From assembly GCA_963733095.1 (NCBI GenBank), contig CAVTBV010000013.1, positions 128,001-192,000 on the forward strand: a stretch of 64,000 nucleotides of DNA. The letters run 5' to 3'. Source of the stretch: Candidatus Bathyarchaeota archaeon. GTDB taxonomy: Archaea; Thermoproteota; Bathyarchaeia; Bathyarchaeales; Bathycorpusculaceae. The translations under genes were made by a program, and so were the position numbers. The notes under the pieces were generated by a model, which was not told the DNA's origin, searched no databases, and saw nothing but the letters and a program-made list of their open reading frames with translations. Positions 60,746-64,000 of this stretch are shown in pieces; the first letter of the stretch is position 1, and each line of letters opens with the position of its first letter.

Positions 60746-61300
60746 ATGTTTGCTATGCTATTTCAGAGTGCAGTAGAATATGTTGGGAGCAGATTTCTCC
60801 GCTTGTTCACCCGGTTGCCTGTGAGGGGGCTTATTCATTTGATTTCGCAGCAAGCAACGTTTACAGATTATTTTGTGGGCTTTGAGAGAAACCGTGCGGT
60901 TCAGGGAATATTTGGAGAAGAAACAGAATCCATTCTCAAAACCCTCAAGATGGATTTCATCTGGTTTGGTTACATGGGTGTGAGCGATGCTGACGGGCAC
61001 TTGATGGTGAACAAACGTTATTTGAGCACTGGACGCAAACAGGACATCTACCTTGATGTTATCCATGAACTCTGCCATGTAAAACAGCACATGGAAGGTC
61101 GCGAACTCTTTGACCCCCGCTACGACTACGTGGATAGACCAACAGAAATTGAAGCATACCGCTACGCGGTGCAGGAAGCCAAACGAATAGGACTGAACAC
61201 AGAGGAAATTCGCGTGTACCTTAAAACTGAAATGATGAGCTCCAAAGCTTTGGACAGGCTGATTAGAAATATGGATGTAGACCTTCAAGAACCCAGATAG
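60746..61300 (+). CDS. Hypothetical protein with an HExxH metallopeptidase-like motif
   Basis: IHELCHVKQ...PTEIEAY; start uncertain. Confidence 0.7.
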   Translation: MFAMLFQSAVEYVGSRFLRLFTRLPVRGLIHLISQQATFTDYFVGFERNRAVQGIFGEETESILKTLKMDFIWFGYMGVSDADGHLMVNKRYLSTGRKQDIYLDVIHELCHVKQHMEGRELFDPRYDYVDRPTEIEAYRYAVQEAKRIGLNTEEIRVYLKTEMMSSKALDRLIRNMDVDLQEPR

Positions 61301-61395
61301 CTTTACTCGGCAACCGTAAACCAAGGATAAATAGAGTTGCATGCTAGAAAACCTTAATAGAAAAATTAAGCAGTGCAGGATGTCAGTGATGCAAT

Positions 61396-61833
61396 GTGCG
61401 TTTAGACGAATTCTTACTTCTTCTATCGGTTATTGTCTTTGCCGCCGTCGCCGTGTTTTTAGCCCTCAAATCTAAAGCCAACCCTCACACGACCCTCACC
61501 CGACTAATCGCAGCAAACATAGTTTTAGACATAATCGCAATAGCAATTTGGGCGTTCCCTGCTACGCAGTGGAGCATCTATCGGTTGGGGGTAATGGTCG
61601 CTGGCACGGAAGCAGCTTTGGCGGCAGTGCTGTTTGCGTTAACGCTCTTTGGGCTGAATAAACGGAGAATGTGGGCGCCTATCCTTGCAATCGCGTTGAC
61701 CGTAACACAGAGGGTCTTCGCTACTTACATATTCTTCCCCAGTCCTGCATTAGCTCTTACCTTGATCTGGAGTCTGGTTATAGTTACCTTCGCTTACAAA
61801 GACATAAAAACCAAAAGACATAACCCAAGCTAA
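61396..61833 (+). CDS. Hypothetical membrane protein
   Basis: About five hydrophobic helices. Confidence 0.7.
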   Translation: MRLDEFLLLLSVIVFAAVAVFLALKSKANPHTTLTRLIAANIVLDIIAIAIWAFPATQWSIYRLGVMVAGTEAALAAVLFALTLFGLNKRRMWAPILAIALTVTQRVFATYIFFPSPALALTLIWSLVIVTFAYKDIKTKRHNPS

Positions 61834-62071
61834 AATCGGACCAACTTAGACTGATGTTTCCGCATTGCACTTTTTAGATAGTTTGATGAGGGCTTTAGGA
61901 AAATATTGCCTCTTGTTTATTTATTTTGTTTCTCTAAAACATTTCTGATAAGTGTACAGCGATTTTGGGGTTACACACTGCCATGAGCTAATTATTTCCG
62001 CCACGAATGATGCGGTTATTTAAGATATATGGCGTAATAGTAATTGTTACCCGACGCGAAAGGATAAAGAA

Positions 62072-62950
62072 TTGATGAGCAGCCAAATATTCAGATTGCC
62101 AGATAAACGCCAGCTTGGATACGCAATGGAAGGCGAAGGCAAACCCGTTATCTATTTTCATGGCACCGCAAGCAGCCGACTTGAAATTCTTCTCTTAAAA
62201 GAATTCGCTTATGCAAACAAGTTCCAGTTGATTGGCATAGATCGACCCGGATATGGCTTATCCACTTATAGAGCCGAAATCGGTTTGTGCGACTTTGCCC
62301 AAGACGTCAGGGTGCTCACTGATTACTTGAAACTGCGCAGTTTTGCGATTTTGAGTTGGTCAGGCGGTGGACCCTTCGCATTAACTTATACTGCACTTTT
62401 TCCGGAGCAGGTAACTCACACAGTCGCTGTTGGTTCACCCGCCTTGCCCTTCGATACCTCAGAGGCACACAACGGCAATCTGCTCGCTAAAATCGCAATG
62501 AAAAACCGCTATTTTGCGACCTTAGGCCTTAAGTTCTTCCGAAAATCTATTCTCCAAGCAAATCAGAACATCGATGGGTACATGAATTCCCGTAGTGGCA
62601 AAAACATGGTTGCAGATTGGCCTAAACCTGATAGAAAATTCTTTTCAGATGCAGCTTGGCTAAAGAGGATGTATGCTGCGATGGCAGAGGGTTTTAGACA
62701 AGAGAGTAGTGTTAAAACGATATTCCAAGAGCATCAATTGTTCCTAAAGTCTTGGAACTCAAGTATAGGGCGGATTCCAATAGGGAAGCTGACTCTTTGG
62801 CAGGGCGTTCAAGACAAAACGTGTCCAGTTGACAATGCACAAAAAATCGCTAAAGTTGTCAAAGGTACACACGTTAAGATATTTCCAGGTGAAGGGCACT
62901 GCGTCATGTTCAGCCAAATACAAAAACTCGACACCGCCCTCACACTGTAG
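62072..62950 (+). CDS. Alpha/beta hydrolase
   Basis: FHGTASSR, DRPGYG, SWSGGG nucleophile elbow, GEGH. Confidence 0.9.
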   Translation: MMSSQIFRLPDKRQLGYAMEGEGKPVIYFHGTASSRLEILLLKEFAYANKFQLIGIDRPGYGLSTYRAEIGLCDFAQDVRVLTDYLKLRSFAILSWSGGGPFALTYTALFPEQVTHTVAVGSPALPFDTSEAHNGNLLAKIAMKNRYFATLGLKFFRKSILQANQNIDGYMNSRSGKNMVADWPKPDRKFFSDAAWLKRMYAAMAEGFRQESSVKTIFQEHQLFLKSWNSSIGRIPIGKLTLWQGVQDKTCPVDNAQKIAKVVKGTHVKIFPGEGHCVMFSQIQKLDTALTL

Positions 62951-63067
62951 CAATAACTTTCGCTTTTAACCATTATTAGTTTAAAGAAAAAAGGATTCAA
63001 GAAAACATGGAAATAGCCTGTATTATAAAAATACTCTCCATTTGTAATGGATGGATTTGTGTTAATT

Positions 63068-63244
63068 TGGTGGGGCCGGCCGGATTTGAACCGACGACCT
63101 TTACCCAACTCTGGCGCATAGTCCAAAGTTTACGGGTTTCTTCATGACCGCTCCGGAAATTCGTCATTCTCCTCGCGGAGTCAGCAAACCCGTGTGTGTT
63201 TGCTTTCTGGAGCCCGTCGTCATACCTGTCTAGACTACGACCCC
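63068..63244 (-). tRNA. tRNA-Trp(CCA) with two introns (69 nt at 37/38, 63138-63206; 31 nt at 43/44, 63101-63131)
   Basis: Spliced product GGGGTCG...ACGGG-CTCCAGA-CCCGT-AGGTC-GTCGGTTCAAATCCGGC-CGGCCCC-ACCA (77 nt) folds as a cloverleaf; BHB-like motifs at the junctions. Confidence 0.9.
63138..63206 (-). ncRNA. Intron-encoded box C/D guide RNA candidate
   Basis: ACGGGTTTG-CTGA (D box), CTCC-GCGA-GGAG hairpin, ATGACGA (C box), TTTCCGGAGC; the guides are complementary to the host tRNA anticodon arm. Confidence 0.7.
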
Positions 63245-63337
63245 ACCGGTCCAGACACAAACCAAATAAGTTAACCCTCACGCATAAAAATATTTCATTA
63301 ACCCACTGTACTTTGAAACAAACTAAAGAAGGGCGAA

Positions 63338-63694
63338 TTATTTGACTGATACCAACTCAAATTTCTTGAGTTGTGAACCCGATTGCTTCATAACTTGTAG
63401 ACTGTGCCGAAGTTTAATGTCCTTCAATGACAACTCAGTTAACTGTCTCTCAAGCGCGCTGTTGAGTTCGGCAGTGAACACTTTGATAGTTGCACGGTAA
63501 ATCTTTGCTTTCTTTATCTTGTCCAAATCGAGCCCTATTTGGGCATCAAGACTAAGGGGGATTCCGTCATCTATGTTCTGTGCATCAACATTGCGATCTT
63601 GACGATTGACTTTCATAACCCGAATCCTTCTCTGGACAGTTTCAGCATACTTCCACTCAAGACCAGACATGCGAATCAACACCATAAGCCTCAC
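63338..63694 (-). CDS. Hypothetical protein
   Basis: 118-aa ORF with no motif; start uncertain. Confidence 0.55.
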   Translation of the reverse strand: MRLMVLIRMSGLEWKYAETVQRRIRVMKVNRQDRNVDAQNIDDGIPLSLDAQIGLDLDKIKKAKIYRATIKVFTAELNSALERQLTELSLKDIKLRHSLQVMKQSGSQLKKFELVSVK

Positions 63695-64000
63695 ACTTGC
63701 ATTTTACCTTAACTGGACGCCTCTGCAACATCAGGTATGCCCCCTTCTGAGGAATCCAGCATTCAGTTTGAATGCGCTTTTTCGCTGTTATCCAGTTGAT
63801 TGGTTTAATTGTCAATCCTTTTTCCGTTAGGGTTTGGCGGGTTGGTTTGATAAGGGGAGCCAGTGTTTTCATTCGGGGGTTTATTCTTTGATCCAAAAGG
63901 AATTGGCCTATTTGGATGCTATTGGTGGTTTATCGCAGAAATCATGAGGTATAGGCCGTGTTGGAAATTTCCCCCGCGATAGCATGTTGAAAATCAAAGC

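Noticed and set aside
60758-61342. 194-aa minus-strand ORF, and the many other antisense ORFs inside long genes
   Set aside because: Shadow frames of motif-bearing genes on the opposite strand.
62997-63281. 94-aa ORF
   Set aside because: It is a translation of the intron-containing tRNA-Trp locus.
63657-63896. 79-aa minus-strand ORF
   Set aside because: No motif, overlaps the neighbouring ORF and lies near the window edge; insufficient support.
1-64000. CRISPR array, rRNA, or pyrrolysine/selenocysteine machinery
   Set aside because: No regularly spaced repeats, rRNA signatures or pyl/sel tRNA genes were seen by eye; the SelB-like gene alone does not imply Sec decoding.

Overview
Archaeal chromosomal segment. 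Gene content and protein families suggest a TACK archaeon, most likely Bathyarchaeia (inference, no database search). The backbone is housekeeping and metabolic: HtpX, GTP-PEPCK, archaeal asparagine synthetase with Lrp, geranylgeranyl reductase, uS10, Cdc6/Orc1, PdaD, uS12/uS7, DRG GTPase, Ino1, PGI/PMI, SPOUT methyltransferase, presenilin-like protease, P1/L12, SelB-like factor, P-type ATPase, an EF-2 paralogue, Isf/AfpA and an ABC exporter, plus membrane-anchored surface proteins and several frameshifted remnants. An accessory hotspot lies around tRNA-Ala(GGC) at about 28.8-35.6 kb. It holds an AT-rich DUF4062-like NACHT (STAND) defence-type gene split by one in-frame amber codon, an RHH/CcdA-like ORF running antisense through the tRNA, and an intact IS110 element. 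The main highlight is the IS110 upstream non-coding end, which reads as a bridge-RNA-like structure: its loop guides match the actual left and right insertion flanks and the element's own ends around a duplicated CA core, and removing the element restores the local reading frame of the interrupted gene. The second highlight is a tRNA-Trp(CCA) gene with two introns (37/38 and non-canonical 43/44, separated by a 6-nt exon) whose first intron carries box C/D motifs and guides complementary to its own tRNA.
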